64,000 nucleotides of DNA, taken from an uncultured delta proteobacterium (GTDB lineage: Bacteria > Desulfobacterota > WTBG01 > CAIYCZ01 > CAIRTM01). The position numbers were made by a program, and so were the translations under genes. Within the stretch, counting starts at the first letter, position 1, and the number at the start of each line of letters is the position of its first letter. Positions 39,613 through 50,536 of this stretch are shown piece after piece. A model generated the notes under the pieces. That model searched no databases. It was not told the origin of the DNA and was given only the letters and a program-made list of their open reading frames with translations. The stretch spans positions 1 to 64,000 of the forward strand of contig CAWDSQ010000030.1 in assembly GCA_963804955.1 (NCBI GenBank), in the 5' to 3' direction.

Positions 39613-40671
39613 ATGAAACGATTATTGTCTGGATGTATGATATTGGCTCTGATGTGCTGCGCCTGCGGCAAGAAGGCTGATCCTGGCCTGCCCATGCCGA
39701 TTGTGCCGGATGCGCCGTCGCGGTTTCAGACTGTTGCACGGTCAGAGGGTGTTTTTATTCTCTGGCGCGCGCCCGAGCAAAATGTCAATGATACCCCCCT
39801 TGTTGACCTTGCAGGTTTCAAGATTATGCGCGCCAATGAGCCTATAGATGCCTTCTGCCCGAAATGCCCCAAAAACGTAAGCCGGCTTGCCGATATCCCG
39901 TATAAGGGCGACCGGGGCAAGGTGCCGGACAAGCAGCAGTATTATTATCAGGACACGGCACTTGAATACGGCATGGTGTATTTCTACCAGATGATGGCCT
40001 ACAATGATCGCGATAAGGACGGAAAAGCGACAAAGCCCCTGATCATATTCTGGGATCAGCCGCCGGCAGCCCCTCTGGGTTTCAAGGTTGAACGCAAATA
40101 CAAGGCCCTGCGGCTTTCCTGGCAGCCGGTAACGGCGCTTCAGGACGGCAGCCCGCTGGATGGTTTTGCCGGCTATAATATTTACCGGACCAGGCGTCAG
40201 GGTATCTATGAAGAGGGGCCGGTTAACAGCGAGCCTGTTCAGGAGCCTGTTTATGAGGATGTACCTGAAAAAATAGATGAAACCTATTTTTATACGGTGC
40301 GCGCCGCATGCCTGGTGAAAGAAACCATGGTGGAAAGCGGGCCGTCAAGCGAGCTGCAGGTTGCCTATATGGACATGACGCCGCCCGGCGTGCCGACGGG
40401 CCTTATTGCCATCCCACGGCATGGTGGTGTTGAGCTCAAGTGGATCGGCGCGCTCCAGAAAGATATCACCGGCTATAATATCTACCGCAGAGAAGGCGGC
40501 GCAGGCTTTGTGCGGCTGAACAGTAATCGCATCACGGAAACTTCCTGGATCGATACAAGCGCACAGGAGGGAAAGAGCTATGTCTACGGGGTAACATCGG
40601 TTGATACTTCGGCGAAGGCTAATGAAAGCCCCATGTCTGAGCCTGCTTCCGTTACCTTTACTTTGCAATAG
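39613..40671 (+). CDS. Lipoprotein with fibronectin type III repeats
   Basis: Lipobox-like CCACGKK; repeated W..P...GYNIYR...Y.Y FN3 patterns. Confidence 0.8.
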   Translation: MKRLLSGCMILALMCCACGKKADPGLPMPIVPDAPSRFQTVARSEGVFILWRAPEQNVNDTPLVDLAGFKIMRANEPIDAFCPKCPKNVSRLADIPYKGDRGKVPDKQQYYYQDTALEYGMVYFYQMMAYNDRDKDGKATKPLIIFWDQPPAAPLGFKVERKYKALRLSWQPVTALQDGSPLDGFAGYNIYRTRRQGIYEEGPVNSEPVQEPVYEDVPEKIDETYFYTVRAACLVKETMVESGPSSELQVAYMDMTPPGVPTGLIAIPRHGGVELKWIGALQKDITGYNIYRREGGAGFVRLNSNRITETSWIDTSAQEGKSYVYGVTSVDTSAKANESPMSEPASVTFTLQ

Positions 40672-40685
40672 GAGAGAGTATCGGC

Positions 40686-41942
40686 ATGCACGATTTTGTC
40701 TACAAGGGTAAGAGCCTGTATTGCGAAGATGTGCCCGTTGAGCGTATTGCTGCAGAGGCGGGCACGCCCCTGTATCTGTACAGCCGGGCAACGCTTGAGC
40801 GGCACTTCAGCGTTTTTGACGGGGCGTTCAGTGCGGTGCCCCACCTGACCTGTTATTCGGTCAAGGCCTGCTCCAATATCGCGCTTCTGAGGCTTTTTGC
40901 GCGCCTTGGCGCAGGTGTTGACGTGGTGTCTGGGGGTGAAATTTTCAGGGCTCTGAAGGCCGGCGTGCCGGCAGGCAAGATCGTGTATTCGGGGGTCGGC
41001 AAGCAGCGCGCCGAGATCGAGTACGCCCTGCAGTGCGACATACTGCAGTTCAATGTCGAGTCGGCACAGGAGCTGGAGCTTATCAGCCAGGTGGCGGAAG
41101 CTTGTGGGAAGAAGGCTCGCATTGCCCTGCGCATCAATCCTGATGTTGACCCGAAGACGCATCCCTATATTTCCACGGGGCTTAAAAAGAATAAGTTCGG
41201 CATCAAAATAGAGGCGGCCCTTGATGAGTACATGAAAGCCGCCGGGCTGCCCGGCATACAGGTGACGGGTATTGCCTGTCACATCGGCTCGCAGATAACC
41301 GAGGTGAGCCCGTTTGTCGATGCGCTCAAGCGGGTCAAGGCCTTTGTTCAGGCCCTGGCAGCCAGGGGCATTACCGTTGCCTATCTTGATATTGGCGGCG
41401 GGCTCGGCATTACTTATAATGAAGAAACGCCTCCTCACCCTTCGGAATATGCCCGGGCGGTGATCAGTGAAATGCAGGGCCTGAACTGCACGCTGATTCT
41501 CGAGCCCGGCCGCGTCATCGTCGGCAATGCCGGAGCGCTCGTTGCCCGCGTGCTGTACACAAAGAAATCCGAGGCGAAAAATTTCATCGTGGTGGATGCC
41601 GCCATGAACGATCTTGTTCGCCCGAGCCTGTATGATGCCTTTCATGAGATACGGCCTGTGCTGATAACCGGGGCGCCCGAGATTGCTGCCGATATCGTCG
41701 GGCCCATTTGCGAATCGGGCGATTTTCTGGCCCGCAGCCGCCAGATTGCCGACCTTGCCCAGGGCGAGCTCATAGCCGTCATGAGCGCCGGGGCCTACGG
41801 ATTCAGCATGTCGTCAAATTACAACTCCCGGCCGCGCGCGGCAGAGGTGCTTGTGAGCGGCGACTCCTTCAGCGTGATCCGGCAGCGTGAAACCCGCGAG
41901 GATATGGTGCGGCTGGAAAGCATACCCGACTGCTTACTATGA
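40686..41942 (+). CDS. lysA: Diaminopimelate decarboxylase
   Basis: YSVKA, HIGSQI, DIGGG, EPGR, GPICESGD and GAYGFSMSSNYNSRP motifs. Confidence 0.96.
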   Translation: MHDFVYKGKSLYCEDVPVERIAAEAGTPLYLYSRATLERHFSVFDGAFSAVPHLTCYSVKACSNIALLRLFARLGAGVDVVSGGEIFRALKAGVPAGKIVYSGVGKQRAEIEYALQCDILQFNVESAQELELISQVAEACGKKARIALRINPDVDPKTHPYISTGLKKNKFGIKIEAALDEYMKAAGLPGIQVTGIACHIGSQITEVSPFVDALKRVKAFVQALAARGITVAYLDIGGGLGITYNEETPPHPSEYARAVISEMQGLNCTLILEPGRVIVGNAGALVARVLYTKKSEAKNFIVVDAAMNDLVRPSLYDAFHEIRPVLITGAPEIAADIVGPICESGDFLARSRQIADLAQGELIAVMSAGAYGFSMSSNYNSRPRAAEVLVSGDSFSVIRQRETREDMVRLESIPDCLL

Positions 41943-41971
41943 TATTTTTTTTGAGACGGTGAAACAGGTAT

Positions 41972-42799
41972 ATGAAGAACATTCCTTTTTGTAAGATGAG
42001 CGGCTGCGGCAATGATTTTATCATTATCGACAACCGCAGCGGCGCCTGGGACGGGATAAAGAATCCGGGCTTTGTCAAGGCCGTGTGCCGGGAAAAGCTG
42101 TCGGTGGGCGCCGACGGGCTGATATTTATAGAAAAGTCGGATTTGTCGGATTTCAAGTGGCGTTTTTTTAATTCCGACGGCAGCGAGGCTGAGATGTGCG
42201 GGAATGGGGCGCGGTGCGCGGCCCGCTTTGCTTGTTTGAACGCCATTGCCGGATCGAGCCTGTCGTTTGAAACCCTGGCAGGCATCATTCATGCCGAGGT
42301 AAACGGCGCTATTGTCAAAACGCAGCTGTCCAGTCCGCGGAACCTGCAGATGAACCTGGAGCTTGCTGTCGATGGTGTCCACCTCACCGTACACAGCATT
42401 AATACCGGCGTGCCCCATGCGGTTCTCTTTGTTGATGATCTTGAGGGCGTGCCCATTAAAGAGCTTGGGGCAAAGATTCGTTTTCATAGTCATTTTCAGC
42501 CTGCAGGCACCAATGTGAATTTTATCAGCATCGGAGCCGACGGCAGCATCAGTATTCGCACCTATGAGCGCGGTGTTGAGGATGAAACGCTTGCCTGCGG
42601 CACCGGCTCGGTTGCGGCAGCTCTTGTGTGTATTGCCATGGGCAGGGCGGCATCGCCTGCGCTTGTGAAAACACGCGGGGGTGATATGCTGAAAGTGTAT
42701 GCCGAGCCCCAGGAGCCGCCTTTTGCCGAGGCCTATCTTGAGGGCGGGGCAAGCCTTATCTATACCGGTGAGATTTGTCCTGAAGCGTATGCAGGTTAG
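41972..42799 (+). CDS. dapF: Diaminopimelate epimerase
   Basis: KMSGCGNDF, EMCGNGARC, TGVPH and YERGVEDETLACGTG motifs. Confidence 0.96.
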   Translation: MKNIPFCKMSGCGNDFIIIDNRSGAWDGIKNPGFVKAVCREKLSVGADGLIFIEKSDLSDFKWRFFNSDGSEAEMCGNGARCAARFACLNAIAGSSLSFETLAGIIHAEVNGAIVKTQLSSPRNLQMNLELAVDGVHLTVHSINTGVPHAVLFVDDLEGVPIKELGAKIRFHSHFQPAGTNVNFISIGADGSISIRTYERGVEDETLACGTGSVAAALVCIAMGRAASPALVKTRGGDMLKVYAEPQEPPFAEAYLEGGASLIYTGEICPEAYAG

Positions 42800-42852
42800 A
42801 CGGCAGGCCCGCGGCAGAGAAGATACTGAAGGCAACAAACAACTCGGAGGTC

Positions 42853-43734
42853 ATGCATATGTTTAGAGGTTCCATGGTGGCTTTGGTCACGCCGTTCAAA
42901 AACGGCACGGTCGACGACGAAGGCCTGAGAAAACTCGTTGAGTTTCAAATCTCAAACGGCACGGATGTGCTGTGCCCCTGCGGCACGACGGGTGAGTCTG
43001 CAACGCTGTCTCTTGAGGAGCATGAGCGGGTGATACAGGTTACTATCCAGGCTGCTGCAGGCCGCGTGCCCGTTATGGCAGGCACGGGATCAAATAACAC
43101 CGAAGAAGCCATCCGCCTGAGCAGGCATGCAAAAAAAGCCGGCGCTGCGGGCTGTCTGCTCATCACGCCGTATTACAACCGGCCCACTCAGGAAGGCCTG
43201 TATCTGCATTTTCAAAAGGTTGCCGGGGCGGTTGACATCCCTGTTGTTCTCTATAATGTACCGGGCAGGACGGGTGTGAACATGCTGCCCGAGACGATAG
43301 AGCGCCTGGCAAAGATACCCACTATCGTGGGGATAAAGGAAGCATCAGGATCTCTTGAGCAGGTCAGCCAGATCATAAATCGCTGCGGAGAGGATTTTGA
43401 TGTTATTTCCGGTGATGATGCCAATACGCTTCCCATGATGGCGGTGGGCGGCGCAGGAGCAATTTCGGTCACGGCAAATATTGCTCCCCGTCTTTGCGCG
43501 TCCATGATTCGGGCTGCTCAGGCCGGCGACTGGACGGAGGCCCGCAGGATACATCACCATCTGCTGCCGCTGCACAGCGCCATGTTCCTGCAGACCAATC
43601 CCATTCCGGTCAAGACCGCCATCGGCATGATGGGTCTTGTGTCGGGCGATGTGCGGCTGCCGCTGTGTTCCATGCCCGATGAGCTTAATGCGAAACTGAG
43701 GGGCATACTGAAACAGTATGCATTAATACATTGA
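42853..43734 (+). CDS. dapA: 4-hydroxy-tetrahydrodipicolinate synthase
   Basis: GTTGES, TPYYN, LYNVPGRT, GIKEASG and TNPIPVK motifs. Confidence 0.96.
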   Translation: MHMFRGSMVALVTPFKNGTVDDEGLRKLVEFQISNGTDVLCPCGTTGESATLSLEEHERVIQVTIQAAAGRVPVMAGTGSNNTEEAIRLSRHAKKAGAAGCLLITPYYNRPTQEGLYLHFQKVAGAVDIPVVLYNVPGRTGVNMLPETIERLAKIPTIVGIKEASGSLEQVSQIINRCGEDFDVISGDDANTLPMMAVGGAGAISVTANIAPRLCASMIRAAQAGDWTEARRIHHHLLPLHSAMFLQTNPIPVKTAIGMMGLVSGDVRLPLCSMPDELNAKLRGILKQYALIH

Positions 43735-43760
43735 TGGAAAGGACAGAGAGGATGAAGGCA

Positions 43761-44682
43761 ATGCAAAAAACAGGACGCATGATTATGATGGTTTTTGCCG
43801 CGGCACTGCTCGCGGGACCCGTTGCATCCCAGGCCCAGCAGGGCCTCTGCTAAAGCTGCACCGGCACCGGCCAAGGACAAGGTCCTTGCCACCGTCGGCA
43901 AGGACAAGATAACCGAGGACAGTGTTTTCGCCCCGCTTGCCATGATGCCGCCGCAGTTTCGCTCCCGGTATGAAACGCCTGATGGGAAAAAGAAACTTTT
44001 TGAGCGCGCCGTACAGATGAGCCTGCTTTCGCAGGAAGCCCGCAAGCTCAATATCGACAAGAAAGAAGATATCGCGCGGCGCATCAAGGAAATGGCCGAT
44101 CAGTTCATCGTGCAGGAACTGACCAAGCAGGAAGTCATGGACAAGATTACCCTGACGGATGCCGAGATGCTCCAGTATTATAATCAAAACAAGGCGAGCT
44201 TTGCGAAAGAAGAGAAAGTGCGGGTCGACCTGATCATGTTTGACGTGAAGGACAATGCCACACAGCAGGTGAAGGACCAGAAAAAGAATCTGGCTGACCA
44301 GGCGCTGGAGCGCATCAAGAAAGGTGAAGATTTTGAAGCGGTGGCAAAGGAGGTTTCGCAGGACATGCGCACCAAGAACCGGGGCGGCAATGCCGGTCTT
44401 TTTGCCCGCGGAAAACGCGTTGATCTGTATGGTGAGGCATTTGAGCAGAAGGCCTTCTCTCTTCCCGTTAACACCGTCAGCGACGTATTTCAGGGCAAGG
44501 ATGGCTACTATATCATAAAAGTGATGGAAAAAAAGCCGCAGGAGCAGGAAACATTCGAAGAGGTAAAGCAGCGCATCGAGCGCACGCTCAAGACCGAAAA
44601 ACAGAAAGCGGCTATGGAGACGTATCTGGAAGGTCTTAAGAAAAAATATTCCGTCAAAATACTGGATGAAAGCATGAAGTAA
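43761..44682 (+). CDS. PpiC/PrsA-type peptidyl-prolyl isomerase (signal peptide frameshifted)
   Basis: VLATVG, GEDFEAVAKEVSQD...GG.AG and FEQKAFSL...GYYIIKV motifs. Confidence 0.85.
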
Positions 44683-44798
44683 AAGCCGGTTCTGTTTGTC
44701 AGGCAAAGGCGCTCGAAATGTTTCGGGCGCCTTTTGTTATGGCGGGGCTCCAGAGCGTTTTCTTTATTTTGCAGCCGCTTTCTCCATGCATGGCAAGT

Positions 44799-44907
44799 CC
44801 GTTCGTGGTGAGCCCTGAGCTTGACGAAGGGTCGAACCATGAACGGAAAGTCGACCTTCGACCATTCGGCCCTTCGATTTCGACAGGCTCGATGCAGGGC
44901 GAACGGA
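44799..44907. repeat. CCGTTCG...CGAACGG palindromic repeat family, with nested duplications
   Basis: CCGTTCGTGGTGAGCC...GTCGAACCATGAACGG and CCCTTCGA...TTCGACAGGCTC...AGGGCGAACGG. Confidence 0.6.
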
Positions 44908-45099
44908 TAGAGCTTGCATTTGACAGGTGGTTTTTATGAAGGCTACAGTATTTAGAAAAATGCTCTCGTGCCGCCCCTTCTCTGCCTATCTTGCGGTTGA
45001 CATGGAGGGGTGCTTCCCTTATAGTGTAAAAAAAGAAGCAGGGGGGAGTGAGATGCGGCTGGCAGCCGCCCCTGCATAATTGCCGAGTCGAGGGGTTGT

Positions 45100-47498
45100 A
45101 TGCCCACGCATGATGAAAAGACGGTGAATTTTCCTAAAGCTCAGCCCCCACAGCAGGGCAAAGCGCCGATCCCTCCAGAGATCAAGCAGCTTGCAGATCT
45201 TGTTATTCTTCTTAATATTCTCAAGAAAAATCTTGCCATCTATCCGGCCGGACACCACCTTATTGCGCAGAGCACCGGTGCTGCTATTGAGGCTCTTGAA
45301 AAATGTTTTCTGGTGAGCCCGGTAGTTACTATCGGCGCAGTAAAAGACAGCCTGTATGTGGGCGGCAGGCGCATTGAGGGGAAAAGCACCGTATTTCGGG
45401 ATTTTGCCTTGTCCTTAACCCGTTTGGGTATTAATTCTCTATCCCTTGCCAGGGGACTGGGCCAGGAAGAGCTTCTGCGCCTGCAGCGGCTTTTGAGCAT
45501 GCGGCCCGAGGATGTGCGGGCCCAGGGCGATATTGCGTCGCTGGCCGAGGCTGCTCAACTGCTCAATGTGAAAATCAAGCTTGTTGATTACAGCATGTTC
45601 CGCTCTTCGGAAGAGGATGTCATCAAAGGGCCTTCTGAACAAAAGCCTGCAGAACAGCTTAAGTTCGGTGCTGACATCTGGGATCAATTCATCAAGGGCC
45701 TCGGCGCAAACAGGCGAAAGGTGGCGGTGGCCCTGCACCCGCAGCCCGTGCCGGAGAAGGCGCTGGCGGACTTTCTTCCGGGGTAGGGCGTGGGGCCGAT
45801 TGACAGCGGCACTGTTTTGGGCGGCCAGGGCGGCGGCGATGGAGTTTTGGAAACAGGAACCGAGCTTAACGAAGGGGCCTTGGATGAGGAGCTTTCGCCC
45901 GGCATGATCGTGAGGATGCTCAATGACGGAACGCTGCCGGTTGAGCAGGCGGTTCAAAGCTATGCTGATGTGCTGGCGCAGTTTGCCGGCATGGGATTTC
46001 AGCGCAATATGCTGGGCAAGGAAGCGCTGCGGTTTTTCGACCGGATGAACATTATCCTGCATAACTTGAAAGGGGGCATTCGCAACCGGTTTCTCAAAGC
46101 GGCGTTTAAGCACATTTCAATGCTGTCCGGGCCAGGATGCTATGGAAGAATTGCTCAAGTGCTTTCCCGCCGATTTGGCAGCAGAGATGATGGGGGTTGC
46201 GGATCACGAGGGACAAAGTTTGTCGCCGTCGCTGCAAAAGCTTATGCAAAAATTTTCCGCGGTGCAGGACGGTATGACTGAACAGGAGGCCATGGCCTCT
46301 GCCCCGCCATCAAGCGCTGAGCTGCCGTTTATGGATGCCCTCAAGATACTTCCCAAGCGCGAAAATTACGAAAAGCATATGACAGCCGACTATGTCCAGC
46401 AGCTCGATACTATGGGCCAGGATACTCAGGACATAAAGCCGCCGCCGGAATTTTCCCTTGATGAACATCTTGCGAGCCTGGGCAAGCAAAGTCTGGATAT
46501 GCATATCGGCCGGGTGCTGATTGCCCTTATGGATCAGGATATCGAGCCTTCAGCCTATCATGATTTTACGCAAAAGGTCATTGAGCTGGTGCCCGAGCTG
46601 CTCGATGCCGGCAGCTTTCGGCCCATGTTCGTCATTTTTTCCACGCTTCGTCAGCACATCGCCACGAAAGAGCAGGCCGACATACGCGCACTTGCAAAAA
46701 TGGCGCTTCAGATTTTTTTCGAGCCTGCATTCGTCATGCAGATGGTGGCCCAGCTTGCCGAGGCCGGAGATGATGCCAGCGGCGATCTTCTGGACATGCT
46801 TCGTGAAACCGGCCAGCAGGCCATCCCGGAGCTGCTCGATCTGTATGCCAACAACCAGTCCTCCGAGGGCAGCCGCCGGCTGTTTGAGCTGCTCTGCTCA
46901 TTCGGCAGCCCGGTTGTTGAGGTGGCTCTGACGCGTCTGTACAACAGAAGTTTTTCGTATGTGCGGAATCTTCTGCGATTTATCAAGGCTGCTGGAGATG
47001 CGTCGGTTGCTCCGCATGTGCGGCCCCTGCTGAAGCACAGTGACCGGGATCTGCGTTATGAGGCACTGGAGGTGCTGCTGACATTCAAGGATCAAAGCGC
47101 TGCTGCAGCTTTGCGGCAGCAGATCCGCTCGCAAAGTGCGGTTGAGATATTGCAGGCGGTGCGGTTGATCCATGAATACCGTGTACCGGGCCTTGGCAGT
47201 GAACTGCTGCGCCTTATAAAAATCTTCATGCCCTTTGAATCAGATACGGCGCTGAACTGTCTGGTCCTGCACGCGCTGGGCGAAGTGGGCGATCCGGCCA
47301 TGCTGCAGCCTCTGCAGAAGATCGCGCAGGCACGCCTGACTCTGTTTCCCGGGCAATTTGCGCAAAACAAAAAGAGCTTTATTTGAATCATTGCAGTCAT
47401 ATCCGCAGGCAGCTGTCAGAGAACTTCTGGATATCGGGCTGCGCTCTGGAGATGAGCGGATACGGAAAATCTGCCGCAGCAGTTCGTCGAACACGTAG
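45100..47498 (+). CDS. Large HEAT-repeat protein (multiple frameshifts)
   Basis: ORFs 45100-45786, 45790-46281 and 46142-47386 are collinear; C-terminal YVRNLL...LLKHSDRDLRYEAL HEAT pattern. Confidence 0.7.
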
Positions 47499-47512
47499 GA
47501 GCAGGGCTTGCC

Positions 47513-48671
47513 ATGGATCAGCAGGGCTATTTTGATAAACTGTCCCAGGCCGTTTCGCAGCTTACGGCGGCAATTACCAATGTGTCCCTTTATCCCCCCA
47601 CGCATCCACGGGTCGCCCCGTATATCGACAGGACGCATGAAAGTTTAACGGAGATGCTTGAGATAACCACTCAGGTGATGATCCTGCTGATTGACGATGA
47701 GCTGGTCAGCAGCAATCGCAAGATTGTATTGCCCGGATCAGCCGCTCAGGTGTTTGTGAAGATACTTAAAAAAAAGGGTGTCGAGAGCATTTCTTTCATT
47801 ACCGGACTGCCGCGTTCACATCTTGAGAGCCTGATACAGGGGCTTGCCTCTACTGACGCAAAAGCCCTGCACTCGACGAGCTGCATAAAGCTCGGAAAAG
47901 TCGAGGTCGCAGGAGGAGCAGCCAAAGATGATGAGGGCAGATGAGGAGGATGAGGCCCTCAGAAAAAAAACCCTGGATGAAGAGATCAGAGAGTTTATCG
48001 ACTACCGGGAACACGGCCTGTCGAGCATGCGCGATATGTACAATGCCATCAAACAGGGCGAGCGCATGGACGTTAAGGTCATACATTCCATAGTGGGCGA
48101 ATTCGTGCGGCGCTTCCGCCGGGAGATGAACCCGCTGAGCCTGCTGGGGCAGATAAAGAACCATGACGAGTATACATTCGTGCATGTAACCAATGTAGCG
48201 CTGCTGGCCATGTGCCAGGCCGAAGCACTCGGCTTCAGCGGGTCCAATCTGCATGATATCGGCGTTGCGGCATTATTGCATGATGTGGGCAAGCTCATTA
48301 TCCCTGATACCATTGTCGCCAAACCCGCCTCTTTGACCAACGAGGAGCGTGAGGTCATGGAGCAGCATGCCACACTGGGCGCGCAGTATCTCTTGTCGCA
48401 GAAAGAGATTCCCAGCCTTGCGCTTCTGGCGGCGCTGGAACACCATATCAAGTTTGACGGCACGGGCTATCCATCAATTCCCGGCAAATGGCGCCCGCAT
48501 ATCGTCTGCCAGCTGATCACCGTCGGGGATGTGTTTGATGCCATGCGCAGCCGGCGTCCGTACCGCGATGCAATGCCGATGCCGGAAATCGTGAAAATCA
48601 TGCTTGCATCACGGGGGACGCTGTTTAACCCCATGCTGGTGGATTTTTTTCTGCGGCTCATCGAACGATGA
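47513..48671 (+). CDS. HD-GYP cyclic-dinucleotide phosphodiesterase (frameshift near 47935)
   Basis: YTFVHVTNV, LLHDVGK, EHHIKFDGTGYP and DVFDAMRSRRPY motifs. Confidence 0.88.
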
Positions 48672-48824
48672 TTGTTGTAACTCAGAAGCACCGGCGCCAT
48701 TTTTTTCAGCCTGCCAAATGTTTTTTTGCAAAAGATTTTTTGATAATGCAGTTCGTTTTTTTTCAATACAGCCTTTTGTTGCTATTGAACATTGTTTTCC
48801 GGACATACGGGGCAAAGGGGGATT

Positions 48825-49652
48825 ATGATACATGTCCAGGCAGCTGGTTCGACTGATGTAGGCAAAAAGCGCGACGGCAATGAGGATGCCTTTTTCATTG
48901 ATGATGCCCGCCAGTTATACGTGGTTGCCGACGGTATGGGCGGGCACCTGTCCGGGGAAGTGGCAAGCGGACTTGTTGTGGAGACGCTGCAGCGGTTATT
49001 CGGCAATGGCGACGCGGCTTCCGTCGCCATCGGCGATGACGCACGTTCTGCCGATGCCAATCAGCTTGTGCGGGGCATACGCGAGGCAAACAGGGTCGTG
49101 CGCAGCCGGGCGCTGGCAAGCGCTGAATGCAGCGGCATGGGCTCGACCCTTGCTGCTTTGTACTGCACCGACGGAACGATGATAGCCGCCAATGTGGGAG
49201 ACAGTCCCATTTATCTTGTGCGTGATGGAACGGCGGAGCTCATATCGGTGATGCATACCGTTGCGGCCGAAATTTCCGCCACGCAGCCAGGGCAGGCTCA
49301 TATGATCGATGAGCGCCTTCTGAACATGCTTACGCGCGCCATGGGAACGGCCGATGACGTGCTGCCAGATGTATGCGAAATCCAGTGCTTCAAGGACGAT
49401 GTGTTCGTGCTGTGCACCGACGGCCTGAGCAATAAAGTCACGATGGATGAAATCGCGCGCATTGTGACGGAGAATCTCCCGCAGCAAGCCTGCAAAGCCC
49501 TGGTGGATATTGCCAATGAGCGCGGCGGCGAGGACAATATTACCGTGGTTATTGTGAAAATAACCGCGGTCGATATGCACCTTCATCCGCTCATACGATT
49601 TGTACTTAAACTGCTTCAGCAGGCAAAAAAATATTTCAGTGCCGATTCATAG
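48825..49652 (+). CDS. PP2C-family Ser/Thr protein phosphatase
   Basis: TDVGKKRDGNED, VADGMGG, NVGDS, LCTDGL and GGEDNITV motifs. Confidence 0.93.
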   Translation: MIHVQAAGSTDVGKKRDGNEDAFFIDDARQLYVVADGMGGHLSGEVASGLVVETLQRLFGNGDAASVAIGDDARSADANQLVRGIREANRVVRSRALASAECSGMGSTLAALYCTDGTMIAANVGDSPIYLVRDGTAELISVMHTVAAEISATQPGQAHMIDERLLNMLTRAMGTADDVLPDVCEIQCFKDDVFVLCTDGLSNKVTMDEIARIVTENLPQQACKALVDIANERGGEDNITVVIVKITAVDMHLHPLIRFVLKLLQQAKKYFSADS

Positions 49653-49949
49653 GCCGGCATGACTGGCGCTGCGACAGAGGTTTTCAGGCGGCAGGGCATG
49701 GCGGCATGTCCTGCCGGTTCTGTTTCTAGAGCGCGAGAAATTGCAAAGGCCGCTGTTCTGTGGTAGCTTTTCGGTTGTGAGCAAGACAGGCCAGCCGCAG
49801 GTTGAGTTAAGGAATGAAACCTGACAATGAAATGAAAGAATAATTTTTTTTGCAGAGGCGTTTTGTGAACCGCCCTGCGGAACAAAAAACCTGGATTCTC
49901 CGCCGCGGCGGACCGGAATGACGGAGTTGCAATATGCACGGAGGATTGT

Positions 49950-50531
49950 ATGAGCAGTCAAATTGAGAAGAAAATAATGTATTTTGACAGCCCGGGCGAG
50001 CATAATACGGATGCTGCGCTTGATGCGGCGGTTGCGTATTGCCGGGCCAGCGGCTTGAAAAAAATCGTGCTTGCCTCCTCTACCGGCGCGACAGCGCTGA
50101 AGCTGAAGCAGAAGGCAGGCGCCGGTATTGACGTGATCGCCGTGACCTATGGTGCAGGGACCAGGTTTACTGAAGAGGTGGAGCAGTTCAACAAAAACCG
50201 CGAGGCGCTGGTGCACGCAGGTGTTTCCATTGTGCGGGGGGTGCATGCCCTGAGCGGGGCAGAGCGCACGTTTGAAAATAAATACAAAACAGGCTTTCTG
50301 CCGCTGAATCTCGTGTCGGACACGCTGCGGATGTTTTCGCAGGGCATGAAGGTCTGTGTCGAGGTCTCCATTATGGCTGCCGAGGCCGGCCATATTTCGC
50401 CGGCCGAGGATGTCGTGGCGCTGGGGGGCAGCGGCGAGGGTGCTGACACGGCGGTTCTTATGAAGCCGGCCTATGCAGCAAACATGTTCAGCCTGAAGAT
50501 AAAAGAGATACTCTGCATGCCTTGCGGTTGA
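49950..50531 (+). CDS. Pyruvate kinase C-terminal-like domain protein
   Basis: YFDSPGEHNT, VLASSTGATA, TLRMFSQGMKVCVE and GADTA motifs. Confidence 0.85.
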   Translation: MSSQIEKKIMYFDSPGEHNTDAALDAAVAYCRASGLKKIVLASSTGATALKLKQKAGAGIDVIAVTYGAGTRFTEEVEQFNKNREALVHAGVSIVRGVHALSGAERTFENKYKTGFLPLNLVSDTLRMFSQGMKVCVEVSIMAAEAGHISPAEDVVALGGSGEGADTAVLMKPAYAANMFSLKIKEILCMPCG

Positions 50532-50536
50532 AAAAT

